A DNA stretch of 49,296 nucleotides from a virus (Duplodnaviria; Caudoviricetes). The translations under genes were made by a program, and so were the position numbers. The stretch covers positions 1 through 49,296 of the IMG/VR virus record IMGVR_UViG_3300032212_000021. One strand, 5' to 3'. The notes beneath the pieces are model-generated. The model had not been told where the DNA came from. It saw only the letters and a program-made list of their open reading frames with translations, and made no database searches. Numbering within the stretch: the stretch's first letter is position 1; every line of letters begins with the position of its first letter. Positions 29,995 to 39,269 of this stretch are shown here, in pieces.

Positions 29995-30233
29995 GATAAT
30001 ACCTCCATCGGCTCTTTAGCCTCTGCCGGCACAACATGCGCCACGGTTCTCATATCGTTATGATAGATGACGCGATAGCCGTCATACCGTACCGCATCGC
30101 TCACAAAGTAGGTCGACGCGATAAAGAACTCCGCCTCATCCCTTGTGGGGAAGAAACGCTTTGTGCTGTCGCCTTCGATGAGGACTTCATAATCTACTCG
30201 GTCGTTCCTAAAGAGTATCTGCATAGAGGTCAT
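29991..30233 (-). CDS. Hypothetical protein
   Basis: ATGA-coupled; AAGGAG RBS. Confidence 0.6.
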   Translation of the reverse strand: MTSMQILFRNDRVDYEVLIEGDSTKRFFPTRDEAEFFIASTYFVSDAVRYDGYRVIYHNDMRTVAHVVPAEAKEPMEVLS

Positions 30234-30658
30234 GATTGCGCTCCTTCGGCTTTTACGTTTAAGAAATCCCGTTGCATCTGCTGGAGATAGTTCGCCTTCG
30301 ATATGGTGACGTTGAAAAGCGTAGTGAAGTAAACATCACCGTCGCAACCCCCGAGGATATCATCATAAGAGACACCCTCAAGATGGACAAGCTTATCAAA
30401 TAGCTCCATCTGCTTATAAGTCATTCCGCACTCTAAAACAAAACTCTTGAGCAGTGAAAAAGGGGTTATTTTTTTAATAACCTCAAGGTCGTAATCCGCC
30501 AGAACAGAGGCGTCCTTATAACAGGCACACCACGCCGTCCCGTAATGCCCCATCATCAATCGCCGTGCTTGAGCTTCGTCCTTCGCATCCACTTTAACAC
30601 ATTTTTTTTGTCCGTCCTTCATGTGAGAAGAACCAAAAGTAAAGGTATAAGTTTTCAT
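30230..30658 (-). CDS. Hypothetical protein
   Basis: YTFTFGS.H..AR..M..YG..W..Y motif seen in small phage proteins. Confidence 0.65.
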   Translation of the reverse strand: MKTYTFTFGSSHMKDGQKKCVKVDAKDEAQARRLMMGHYGTAWCACYKDASVLADYDLEVIKKITPFSLLKSFVLECGMTYKQMELFDKLVHLEGVSYDDILGGCDGDVYFTTLFNVTISKANYLQQMQRDFLNVKAEGAQS

Positions 30659-31044
30659 AGATCTATCCAGACAGGCGCTAATTTATCTATGATTTCATCG
30701 GCATAGGCGAACTCCAGCTCGAGGGCCTCTTCCTCGATGGATTCATCTGCTTCCTTGCCGTAAGCTTTCGCCCTATCGGCAAGCATCCCGCGTTCAATTA
30801 GAAAAGCCGTGTTCGTTCTCCACCATAAGACTATAGTGGCGCCATCGCGCATCTTTAGGCAGATTTGAAAAGCGTTCTCAACGTTAGGATAAAGCTCGCC
30901 CAGTTCCAGTTCATCCACGGCGTCGTACCCGACAGCGTTATAAATATAGGCGATATTTTCGGGATTGAAGGCCAGAACCTCTGTTTTTATTTTGCCGTCA
31001 ACCAGCAGAGCACTTAATCTTTTTGCTTGTAATTTCTTTAACAT
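30655..31044 (-). CDS. Hypothetical protein
   Basis: GGAGGG RBS; coupled to the next gene. Confidence 0.6.
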   Translation of the reverse strand: MLKKLQAKRLSALLVDGKIKTEVLAFNPENIAYIYNAVGYDAVDELELGELYPNVENAFQICLKMRDGATIVLWWRTNTAFLIERGMLADRAKAYGKEADESIEEEALELEFAYADEIIDKLAPVWIDL

Positions 31045-31219
31045 TTTTTCCCTCCATAGACTACAGGGTTAATACCCTCTTTTGTTTCACGAACGGTCTC
31101 TTTGATTTGCTGAGCTAAAGCGCACATGGCAATCCTCCATTAAAGTAATTTTTTGTCGTCGTTCAAGGCGTCTAAACACCTTAGCCAGTCGCACCGAGGC
31201 GCGGTAGGCTAAAGGGTTT

Positions 31220-31414
31220 TTATACTTTTATATTTCTATCGATAAGCACCAGAATGACGTCAGCCATTCCTCCAATATATTCTCCGTGGCGAAACATAAT
31301 CTCATCTATGTGCCCAGCATCATCAATCGACTCATCAAGCTCTTGCAAGCTAGATTGGTTGGGCATAAGTTTTTTGGCAACCTTCTTAAATTCTAAAGCC
31401 AGTGTGTTTTTCAT
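31220..31414 (-). CDS. Hypothetical protein, first gene of the leftward accessory operon
   Basis: AAAGGA RBS. Confidence 0.55.
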   Translation of the reverse strand: MKNTLALEFKKVAKKLMPNQSSLQELDESIDDAGHIDEIMFRHGEYIGGMADVILVLIDRNIKV

Positions 31415-32332
31415 TTTAAATCCTTTTAGTTTGCGCGGGCCGAAACAAAGCCCAACAACTTTTTAACTAAGAACAGTTTAGGGTACATAAGCTTAAAGTA
31501 ATATAAATAATGGAAGAAAAACAAGGAAAAAGGAAAAGAATTTTCCAATTTCAAAAGGGGCTTACTATATATAGGGATTTTTAAGCAGTGAGAGCGCCAG
31601 AAGAACAAGAAGAGAAAAGGCAAGCAAAACCACGCAGAACACAGGCAAAAGACCGCACAGGCCAGCTATGGAACCCAGACCGCAACAAAACGCGCCAAGC
31701 CTCCCCCGCGCACAGCCCTCGCCCCTCATTTAGCCGAAATTTTTTTTTCGAGCGAAGATAAAAAGAGATTTTTTTTGACCTTGGTACTTTTTCAGGGTGA
31801 ATCGGTGGGTCGTTCTGATTTTTTTTTGTTTTCGGGAATTTCTGATTTTTTGGTGAGCGTACAAAAGATTTGATACAGCTTAAAATTTTGTTCTAGGTCT
31901 CGCGAGCGGATAAACTTAGTTGATACTTAAAAATCGGGTTAATATATAAAAACACGATTTAAAACAGGATAATTTAAGTAACCCAAAAGAAAGCAAAGAG
32001 GGCTTAAGCTTTGGCGCTTAAGCTTGGTGAAACTTAAGCGGTTTTATAACGGTTTTATGATGTTTTTGTTTCGATCTCAGACATTTTTACCTTATGCGAA
32101 ACTAAAACCTGTTTTCATTTTTAGGGGGGAGCCAATCCCCAGCCGGACCTTTGGTGAAATCTTACCCTAAGAAAACAGAGGTCACTCTAAAAAAATGTAT
32201 TTTAGGAAGTTGAAAAAAAATTATAAAAAAATAAGCCTGCCGGCATAGAGTTTCAGAAAAAAAAATTTTCCAAATGAAGGGGGCGGGTGATGGTTTTGGG
32301 TGCAGCCATAGAATTTATTGCGCGGGCGCAAC

Positions 32333-33004
32333 TTATTCTATGTTCTCTATCATGATCATCTTGTGCAAGATCCCTATGATTTCAATGTTATCTCTAGCTA
32401 TGGTTTGATCGGAGAACATGACGTTATCGGATTTTACCTTTATCGAATCATTGTCGTCTATGATCTTGAACAGCCTTCTTGCATATACCTCACCAAGTAT
32501 CTTTATAAGGTATATCTTACCGTCTATGATCCGATCTTCTCCTTTGTTTATCAAAAGAACAGACCCCTCTTTTAGGTTTATCTCCATGGACTTGTCAGGC
32601 ATTTTTACGGCAATGATATTATCGTCTTCCGGCTCGTTTTTCAATCTTGGAAGGACCAGAGCTCCATCGTCCGATGTATCTTTATCGCCTAGTTTTGAAA
32701 TAGAATCTAGGGTATAGTAAGGGTACAGTTTGTGATTTGCATCATTTTTGGACCTATCGTTGTTCAGTATTTTGATTGTTCCGGACTTCTGATTTGATAA
32801 ATGAAATATCTCATCAAGCGACCAGTCTCTATCGTAGCACAATTTTACGATCTCTTTATAAGGGAGTTCACCCGATGTTTTTCTATTGGTTATGGTGTTA
32901 GGAGCAATGCCAAGTTTTTTGGCTAAGTCTTTCTCATATCTCACACCAAGACGTTCCATGAGCTCTTCTAAAATACAAGATATTTCTTCTGGTTTGAATT
33001 TCAT
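32333..33004 (-). CDS. CI-like repressor (HTH plus S24-like domain)
   Basis: DLAKKLGIAPNTITN HTH; DKSME..EGS.LLI, DGKIY, SDN, IEIIG. Confidence 0.88.
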   Translation of the reverse strand: MKFKPEEISCILEELMERLGVRYEKDLAKKLGIAPNTITNRKTSGELPYKEIVKLCYDRDWSLDEIFHLSNQKSGTIKILNNDRSKNDANHKLYPYYTLDSISKLGDKDTSDDGALVLPRLKNEPEDDNIIAVKMPDKSMEINLKEGSVLLINKGEDRIIDGKIYLIKILGEVYARRLFKIIDDNDSIKVKSDNVMFSDQTIARDNIEIIGILHKMIMIENIE

Positions 33005-33260
33005 TATTATCCCTTACCCTTTGGTAGTATTTTGTATATTCAATTGATGTTAACACAAAATCATACAATACAATATAAAATATAACAAAAATTATACAAC
33101 ATAATCGAAGTATTATAACAAAAAATTCAAAATTTTTATATTCTAATTATATAAATTCAAAAAATTAACATACACAATCACAAAAAATATAAGTTGTTTT
33201 AAGTTTAAACACAATAAAATGTTGTAAAATTAAAAAAAATGTTATTTTTTGGGGATAAAT

Positions 33261-33482
33261 ATGTGCAATGTAAAAACAGAAGAGATAATAAGCAAGCTGA
33301 AGTATGTTTTAAACATAAGAAAAGATAAAGATATAGCAGAGCTACTGGAGATGTCCCCTACCTCTTTATCCAGTGCGATCAAGCACGGAAGAGATATATC
33401 CGACAAGGTCATACCCTTGAGTATTGAATACGGGATATCACTAGACTGGCTGTTTCCCAAAAAAAACATCGTTCAGAAGTAG
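33261..33482 (+). CDS. Cro-like HTH regulator, divergent from the repressor
   Basis: DIAELLEMSPTSLS..GISLDWL; GGGG RBS. Confidence 0.8.
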   Translation: MCNVKTEEIISKLKYVLNIRKDKDIAELLEMSPTSLSSAIKHGRDISDKVIPLSIEYGISLDWLFPKKNIVQK

Positions 33483-33488
33483 TCCGTA

Positions 33489-34523
33489 TTGGATATCACA
33501 GTTCCAAGATTTGTCATTGACAAAGTAAGCTCGGGCGACGGACGAATGCTCACCTCTATCATCATATACCTAAGCAGAAAGCACGGGTACTGCTTCGCCA
33601 CCGACGAGTACCTCTCTAATTTATTAAACAAAACCCCCGAATCCATTCGAAAACTGTTATCAAGGCTTGAGAGCGGATCTGTACTTAAGATCAGCGGAAA
33701 GCGAACGCGGGAGCGCAAGATAGAGTCCCTTCTCGTAAGTACGGACAAAACGTCCGAACCAAAGGACAAAACGTCCGAACCAAAGGACAAAACGTCCGAA
33801 CCAAAGGACAAAACGTCCGAACCAAAGGACAAAACGTCCGAACCAAAGGACAAAACGTCCGAACCAAAGGACAAAACGTCCGAAGCTATCCTTATTAATA
33901 ATAAAAAGAATAACTCTACCTCACCCGAAGATGAGGGTGACAATGATAAGGTGGAGATGTACGGTAAAAAATACCCTCTTTCACAGGTTGAGGCTTTTAG
34001 GCTATTTTGGAAGCACTATCCCAAGAAGAAAGAGAAGAATGACGCCTTTGATAAATTTATGCAGCTCAAGCTGTACAAAGAGATCGACCACCTTGTCATG
34101 GCGACAAAGGCTTATGCCCATGAGAACCATGGGAAAGATCTGAAGTATATCAAGCTACCCAAAACCTTCATGGGCAAGAACCGATGGAAAGAGCAGGAGA
34201 TAACCACCACCGTTACCGGCTCAGAAAAATTTTGCCAGAATGAAGGGGCTGGGAGCGGGCAAAAAGAGATCCCTTTTATCCGTTTTATCACAAAAATAGG
34301 TCAGGTCAAGAACCAGATAGGCGGGTTTGATGCGACCAATCGCGCCGTGATCTTAGAGGACCCCTCTAAGTTCGGCCAGAATGAAGGCGAGGATTTTTTT
34401 ACGCCGGCGGAAATAGAGATCATAAAAAGACTGGGGGGGATGGAAGAGGCGATGCACCTGAGCATCGATAATAATTTTGAACATATTGTCCACCCTTTGT
34501 GGAAGGAGGTTCACCGTGCTTGA
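33489..34523 (+). CDS. Phage replication initiator (lambda O-like architecture)
   Basis: N-terminal HTH (GYCFATDEYL), internal tandem repeats, FWKHYPKK..K..A..F domain; upstream of the helicase. Confidence 0.8.
   Translation: MDITVPRFVIDKVSSGDGRMLTSIIIYLSRKHGYCFATDEYLSNLLNKTPESIRKLLSRLESGSVLKISGKRTRERKIESLLVSTDKTSEPKDKTSEPKDKTSEPKDKTSEPKDKTSEPKDKTSEPKDKTSEAILINNKKNNSTSPEDEGDNDKVEMYGKKYPLSQVEAFRLFWKHYPKKKEKNDAFDKFMQLKLYKEIDHLVMATKAYAHENHGKDLKYIKLPKTFMGKNRWKEQEITTTVTGSEKFCQNEGAGSGQKEIPFIRFITKIGQVKNQIGGFDATNRAVILEDPSKFGQNEGEDFFTPAEIEIIKRLGGMEEAMHLSIDNNFEHIVHPLWKEVHRA
33743..33884 (+). repeat. 21-bp tandem repeat, 7 cores; probable origin iterons
   Basis: ggacaaaacgtccgaa(ccaaa) at 33743, 33764, 33785, 33806, 33827, 33848, 33869; followed by an AT-rich tract. 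Confidence 0.9.
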
Positions 34524-35832
34524 ACAGCTAAGTTCCGTATCCCTTGAGAACACGATATTGTCGTCGCTTATCTCTTTTCCTGAACAGTTTGCCGATATTG
34601 AGCCGCTGCTTATGCAAGAGGCGTTCTACACCGAAAGCAACAGAGACGTGTACGCGATGATGATGGCATTAGAGCGGTTGCAAAAGCCCATCGAGGCCAG
34701 CCTTATCGCTTCGAGCCTGAAAAAAACCGGAAAAAATGAAAGCTCGGTCACGGTTTTGCTTGCGACAATGCCCACGCCGAACATCACCGACTTGGTTTAT
34801 GAACTTGTGGAGATGCGAAACAAAAGAAATCTATACCTTCTTAGCATCAAGATACAAGAGGGCTTACAGAGCAAAGAGTCCAGCCATGTGATCAGTATGA
34901 TAGAGCAGGAGGTGGAGAAGGTGTCGTTCACCTCGGACGACGGAATCATGACCTTTGATGAGCTGAAGGAGAGGTTTCTTAATGAGCCCCCACGACCGAT
35001 CTATGATCTCGGCGTCAGTTTTGTCAACGAAGCCCTTCGCAATAAAAATGTGCTCACCAACGAGGTGACGCACGGGATCAAGATGGGCCAGCTCATCCTG
35101 CTTATGGGAGATCCTGAAGCGGGGAAAACCATGCTCGCCCTTCAGATACTGGCCTACATATCCCAGAGCCGTCCTGTTCTTTTTTTCTGTTTTGAGTTTA
35201 CGACCCGCGCCTTTGTGGAGACGGAGCTTATGAAACACAAGATGGGATACCAAAATCCCAACATGCATGTCGTGGACACGGGATATGACATCATCGACAT
35301 CGAATACAAGGTCAAGAAGATGCACCGAAAAGGGTGCCGGTTTGTTCTTATAGACTCTCAGATGCGTGTCACCAACGACTCCAACAGCGGAACGGTAGAA
35401 CAGGTGGAGAGTGACAAGTTCTCCCGTCTTGCCAAGCTGTGCCACCGGCTTGACATCACCATCATCTACATATGCCAGCAGGGAAAGGACGACTCCAAGT
35501 CCGCAGTTATCCAGCCTATGGGGTCAAAGAAGGGCGCGCATGAGGCCAGTATCATCTGGTATCTCAAGACCCAAAAAGACAAAGAGGGGAACATGCTGCT
35601 TACAAGGACCTTCATCCAGAGCAAGAACAAACAAAACGGGGTCCACTTCGCCAAAGAGGTTAATTTTAACCCGCTTGAGCTTAAGTTCGTCCGGCAGTAC
35701 GGAAAGCAGGAGAGAGAAGACGCCGCCGCCGCAGGGTTTACACCCGAGCCTTATGAGGCGCCCTATATAGAGCATGAAGAGATCCCTTTTGGTTCGGATG
35801 AGATAGGTCCTTATGAGGCTTCTTTGATATGA
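34516..35832 (+). CDS. DnaB-like replicative helicase
   Basis: DnaB-type N-terminal domain (E..ILS..I..P..FY), Walker A GDPEAGKT, VLIDS; AAGGAGG RBS before GTG 34516. Confidence 0.85.
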   Translation: MLEQLSSVSLENTILSSLISFPEQFADIEPLLMQEAFYTESNRDVYAMMMALERLQKPIEASLIASSLKKTGKNESSVTVLLATMPTPNITDLVYELVEMRNKRNLYLLSIKIQEGLQSKESSHVISMIEQEVEKVSFTSDDGIMTFDELKERFLNEPPRPIYDLGVSFVNEALRNKNVLTNEVTHGIKMGQLILLMGDPEAGKTMLALQILAYISQSRPVLFFCFEFTTRAFVETELMKHKMGYQNPNMHVVDTGYDIIDIEYKVKKMHRKGCRFVLIDSQMRVTNDSNSGTVEQVESDKFSRLAKLCHRLDITIIYICQQGKDDSKSAVIQPMGSKKGAHEASIIWYLKTQKDKEGNMLLTRTFIQSKNKQNGVHFAKEVNFNPLELKFVRQYGKQEREDAAAAGFTPEPYEAPYIEHEEIPFGSDEIGPYEASLI

Positions 35833-37361
35833 GTGTCGAGCAGAGTTTGGAGGCCGCACTGGCCGAGAGGGAGATGGCAAGACGGAACTACATGCTGTAC
35901 ATGATCTACGTCTTTAAGTACATCTATGAAAAAGAGCTGATACGCAACTGGCATCAGGACCTCATTGCTCAGGTACTCGAATCCGTGTATGCCGGAAGAT
36001 TGAAAAAGGTCCTTATCTCTGTGGCCCCATCCTACGGAAAGACGGAACAGGTGGTCCGATGCTTCTCCAGCTGGTGCATGGGAAAGAACCCCAGGCTCAA
36101 GTTTATCTATACGACCTACGGGGGAGACCTATCCACGGCGACGAGTGTCGAGACCCGAGACATCGTACAGCACCCCGCCTATAAGAACCTTTTTCCCGAT
36201 ACAGCCATCAACCCTGCGGCGAACCAGAAGCATGACTGGAAGCTTAAGAAGGGTGCGCGTTTTTTTGCCACATCCACCGGCGCCGCCATCACGGGTATTC
36301 ACGCCAACATTATACTGATCGATGATATCCTTAAAGCCTTGGACGCCTACTCTAATTCGGCGCTGGAGGAGGCTTACCTCTTTTATAAAAACTCCATACT
36401 CTCGCGCCGCGAGAAAGATGCCGCGATCGTGATTATCATGCAGAGACTTAACCAGAAAGACCTTGTGGGCAGACTTCTCGAGGATGAGGGGGATCAGTGG
36501 CTTCACATCACCCTTCCAGCACTCAACGAGGAGGCCATCGTATACGAATACGGGAGCTTCCGCTACGAGAGAAAGGAGATGGAGCCCCTGTTCATGCTTC
36601 GCCATAATTATGATGAGCTAATGATACTCAAGCGGGAGATGCAAGAGCAGTTCGACATACAGATGCAGCAAGATCCCGAGATAAAGAACGCGGGCTACTG
36701 GGTAGAAGAGAACTTCCCCTTTATAGGCGACTTCGATATTCCCGAACAGAACCTCTATATCTGTGTTGACCCTGCCGTATCCGAGAGTGAAAGAGCCGAT
36801 GACAGGGCTATCGTCGTCGAGGGATGGAGTATCAACGAAGAGGAGATAGAGAACATTGTCATCATGGACGTAGAGCACGGTAAATGGGAGGTTCATGACT
36901 TTGCCGACAAGATGATATATTGGATGAGATCCTACCCGAGTGCCCCGCTTTTGATCGAGAACATGGGGGGCGGGATTGTAGCCCATCGTGTCCTTGAGCG
37001 GCGCATAGCGATGCGAAACGCCCAGCTCAGATCCAAGGGTGAAGACCTGATAAAAAATGAGATCATCGTATTTAAGGTTGACAACAAGGTATCCAAGAAT
37101 CAGAAGATCATGGAGATGAAGCCTTACACCAACCTCATTCAGATTAAACTCAGAAGCAACGGCAGGGGAATGGATCAGTTCCTCAAAGAGGCCAAGGCAT
37201 TCGACCCCTCCAAAAAACACAATACGGATAACGTGATCGATGCGGCGTCAACACCCTTCTCACAGCCTGAATGCGTGGCAAAGAAGGTGAACTCTTCTGA
37301 TCATTACGCCGGCGTAAAAAAACCGAGCAAGAAGAGAAAGAAGAAGTCGTGGAACATCTAG
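35829..37361 (+). CDS. terL: Terminase large subunit
   Basis: NWHQ, APSYGKTE Walker A, ITGIHA..LIDD, IMQRL..DLVG, QQDP, VDPA, DNVIDA nuclease acidic residues. Confidence 0.92.
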   Translation: MSVEQSLEAALAEREMARRNYMLYMIYVFKYIYEKELIRNWHQDLIAQVLESVYAGRLKKVLISVAPSYGKTEQVVRCFSSWCMGKNPRLKFIYTTYGGDLSTATSVETRDIVQHPAYKNLFPDTAINPAANQKHDWKLKKGARFFATSTGAAITGIHANIILIDDILKALDAYSNSALEEAYLFYKNSILSRREKDAAIVIIMQRLNQKDLVGRLLEDEGDQWLHITLPALNEEAIVYEYGSFRYERKEMEPLFMLRHNYDELMILKREMQEQFDIQMQQDPEIKNAGYWVEENFPFIGDFDIPEQNLYICVDPAVSESERADDRAIVVEGWSINEEEIENIVIMDVEHGKWEVHDFADKMIYWMRSYPSAPLLIENMGGGIVAHRVLERRIAMRNAQLRSKGEDLIKNEIIVFKVDNKVSKNQKIMEMKPYTNLIQIKLRSNGRGMDQFLKEAKAFDPSKKHNTDNVIDAASTPFSQPECVAKKVNSSDHYAGVKKPSKKRKKKSWNI

Positions 37362-37376
37362 ACGAAGGAGCTAAAT

Positions 37377-38006
37377 ATGGCGCATGATCCCAGTGTAAAA
37401 AATGCTATCAGGGCATATTATGAGACCCATAATGAGTCGGTAAAAGAGGTGTGGGAGAAGCTAAAGCATCTGGGTGTCCCTAAAAAGACCATAGAGGACT
37501 GGTCCAGCAAAGAGGCGTGGCAGAAGAACAAGTTCAAGAAAGTCGGAAAACAGATCGATACCATGCTTGAAGATACGGCGATGGAGGCCGTGAGAAAAGC
37601 GTCGAACCTTGGGCTTTTGGACACGATAGATCCAAGTCCTGAAACCGGTCTTGTCGACACCGGTAGCGAATACTCCGACATGGTGGCAAAACAGCTTGTC
37701 TTTAAGAGCCTTGATGCGACCTTGATGCAGAGCGAGATGGGTCGTGCCCTCGAGATGGCGAAGAAATTTGCCGACACATCGACGAACATAGGTACCATTA
37801 GAACCTACATAACGATGCTTAAAGACGTGTATGAGATCAAACACGGAAAGAACCCCGACATCATCATCCAGAACCTAAACGGCGACAGCATCACCACGGA
37901 GGTGATCGCTTCAAAATCAGACGATGAGCTCTTGGAGATGATACAAAAGAGCAAAGAGGCATCCAAACAAAACAAACACAAGGAGATATCAGATGGGAAG
38001 GCGTAA
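37377..38006 (+). CDS. Putative terminase small subunit (N-terminal HTH)
   Basis: GVPKKTIEDW..EAW HTH; C-terminal SDDELL; adjacent to terL. Confidence 0.55.
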   Translation: MAHDPSVKNAIRAYYETHNESVKEVWEKLKHLGVPKKTIEDWSSKEAWQKNKFKKVGKQIDTMLEDTAMEAVRKASNLGLLDTIDPSPETGLVDTGSEYSDMVAKQLVFKSLDATLMQSEMGRALEMAKKFADTSTNIGTIRTYITMLKDVYEIKHGKNPDIIIQNLNGDSITTEVIASKSDDELLEMIQKSKEASKQNKHKEISDGKA

Positions 38007-38187
38007 GGGAGAGAGTTTCAGAAAAGAGAAGTTGACCAAAGACCCGAGGATACCCGTTCGCAGCCTCACCTTCTCTCCGGAGCTTATCGAAGAGATACAA
38101 AGAAGGTCCCGTATTGCCGGCATATCGTTCTCAAGATGGGTGGAGACCTTTATGCAGATTGATCTTATCATGCACCCTCAAGGATGA
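37993..38187 (+). CDS. Small ribbon-helix-helix-like protein
   Basis: RSLTFSPEL..I..R..GISFSRWV pattern; AAGGAG RBS. Confidence 0.55.
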   Translation: MGRRKGESFRKEKLTKDPRIPVRSLTFSPELIEEIQRRSRIAGISFSRWVETFMQIDLIMHPQG

Positions 38188-38490
38188 GTGGTGAAGGTCT
38201 CAGCTCCGAACATGACTATCTTAGAGAGCGTCGTCGAACAGACGAAGATCATCGCGGGAGATAAGAAATTAAGTTCCCATCTCGAAGAGAGGATGCGAGA
38301 ATATTTAGGAATGCCTACGGAGAAACAGAATGTTATCGATGCGATAAGCGCCTGTCTGGGCAGGGGAGAAATCCCCTCGTGGAAAAATGTCAACACGCAG
38401 ATGAAGATCGGGAAATACAAGTTCTCCCGCATCATGAAACAGAACAAGATAAACCTTCAGCTTGAGGCCGAAAAACTAAAAAAACAGTAG
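38188..38490 (+). CDS. Hypothetical protein (possible DNA-binding C-terminus)
   Basis: Last ORF of the rightward early/middle operon. Confidence 0.5.
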   Translation: MVKVSAPNMTILESVVEQTKIIAGDKKLSSHLEERMREYLGMPTEKQNVIDAISACLGRGEIPSWKNVNTQMKIGKYKFSRIMKQNKINLQLEAEKLKKQ

Positions 38491-38520
38491 CGCCCCCGAT
38501 TTACCACCCTATTTTATAAA
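38491..38520 (+). promoter_or_regulatory. Putative late promoter element, variant copy
   Basis: cgcccccgatttaccaccctattttataaa resembles the 12108 and 47147 copies. Confidence 0.6.
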
Positions 38521-38591
38521 TCTTTCTTTTGTCAAAATTTTCCTTATCAATCGGTAATCCGAGAAAACAGAAGAACCTTAGAGGAGACCTT

Positions 38592-39269
38592 ATGGACATT
38601 AACGAACTTTTGAATCCGCCTGAAGGGGGAAACCCTCCCGATCCGCAGAACCCTCCCCAAGAGAATACTCCGCCGGAGGGGGCCTACTCTCAAGAAGATG
38701 AGATGAGAGAGCTGGCGAAGTCTGAGGCGGAGCTTGAGCTGGCAGAGAGTCAGCACGCTTCTTTAGCAGATAGCCTAGACGGCGAGTTTGCCAAAGAGAT
38801 GTCGACCCTTCTCACTCCCGAAGAGATGGAGCTTAGATTTGATGAAGACCCGAGAAAGTTTTTTGATCTGGTCTCTGCTAAGAAGCGCGAGTTCATCGAG
38901 GCCAAGCTGAAGGAGAACGAGGCCGGCCTTGAAGCCAAGCGATCTGCCGTAGAAGATCAGCGAAGCAACAAGGCAGGAAATGATGCCTTTTCCTCCTTCT
39001 TGGCGGATAACCCCAAGGCAGATAAAGAGGCGATACTGAGTTTTCATAACGAAGATATGAGTCCGCGTCAGAAGAATGAGATGAAGGAGATAGAGAACCC
39101 AGTGGAGCGCATCAAGTTCATCTATGACCTCATGAACAAAGATGCCCAACCTGCGAAAAAAGAGGAGGAGTTTCCTCCTGACTTTGAAGGGACAAATCAC
39201 GCTTCAAGTGATAATCCACTTGAAGGGGGAGACGATAGGGAATACCTTAAGAGCATAGGACTTAGATAA
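38592..39269 (+). CDS. Capsid scaffolding protein
   Basis: Acidic, Pro-rich N-terminus, coiled coil, upstream of the capsid gene; GAGGAG RBS supports 38592. Confidence 0.7.
   Translation: MDINELLNPPEGGNPPDPQNPPQENTPPEGAYSQEDEMRELAKSEAELELAESQHASLADSLDGEFAKEMSTLLTPEEMELRFDEDPRKFFDLVSAKKREFIEAKLKENEAGLEAKRSAVEDQRSNKAGNDAFSSFLADNPKADKEAILSFHNEDMSPRQKNEMKEIENPVERIKFIYDLMNKDAQPAKKEEEFPPDFEGTNHASSDNPLEGGDDREYLKSIGLR

Noticed and set aside
24736-31164. GAACGACGAC repeats as a mini-CRISPR or integron attC array
   Set aside because: Spacing is irregular (about 100 bp to 2.5 kb), the core is only 10 bp, and I saw no attC RYYYAAC/GTTRRRY box structure or integron-integrase-sized enzyme
31445-32317. 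dif-like site for Xer-mediated integration
   Set aside because: Only loose GAAAA/TTTTC inverted repeats; no convincing match by eye
33743-33884. CRISPR array
   Set aside because: Units are contiguous and identical with no unique spacers, lie in frame within a CDS, and no cas genes are present
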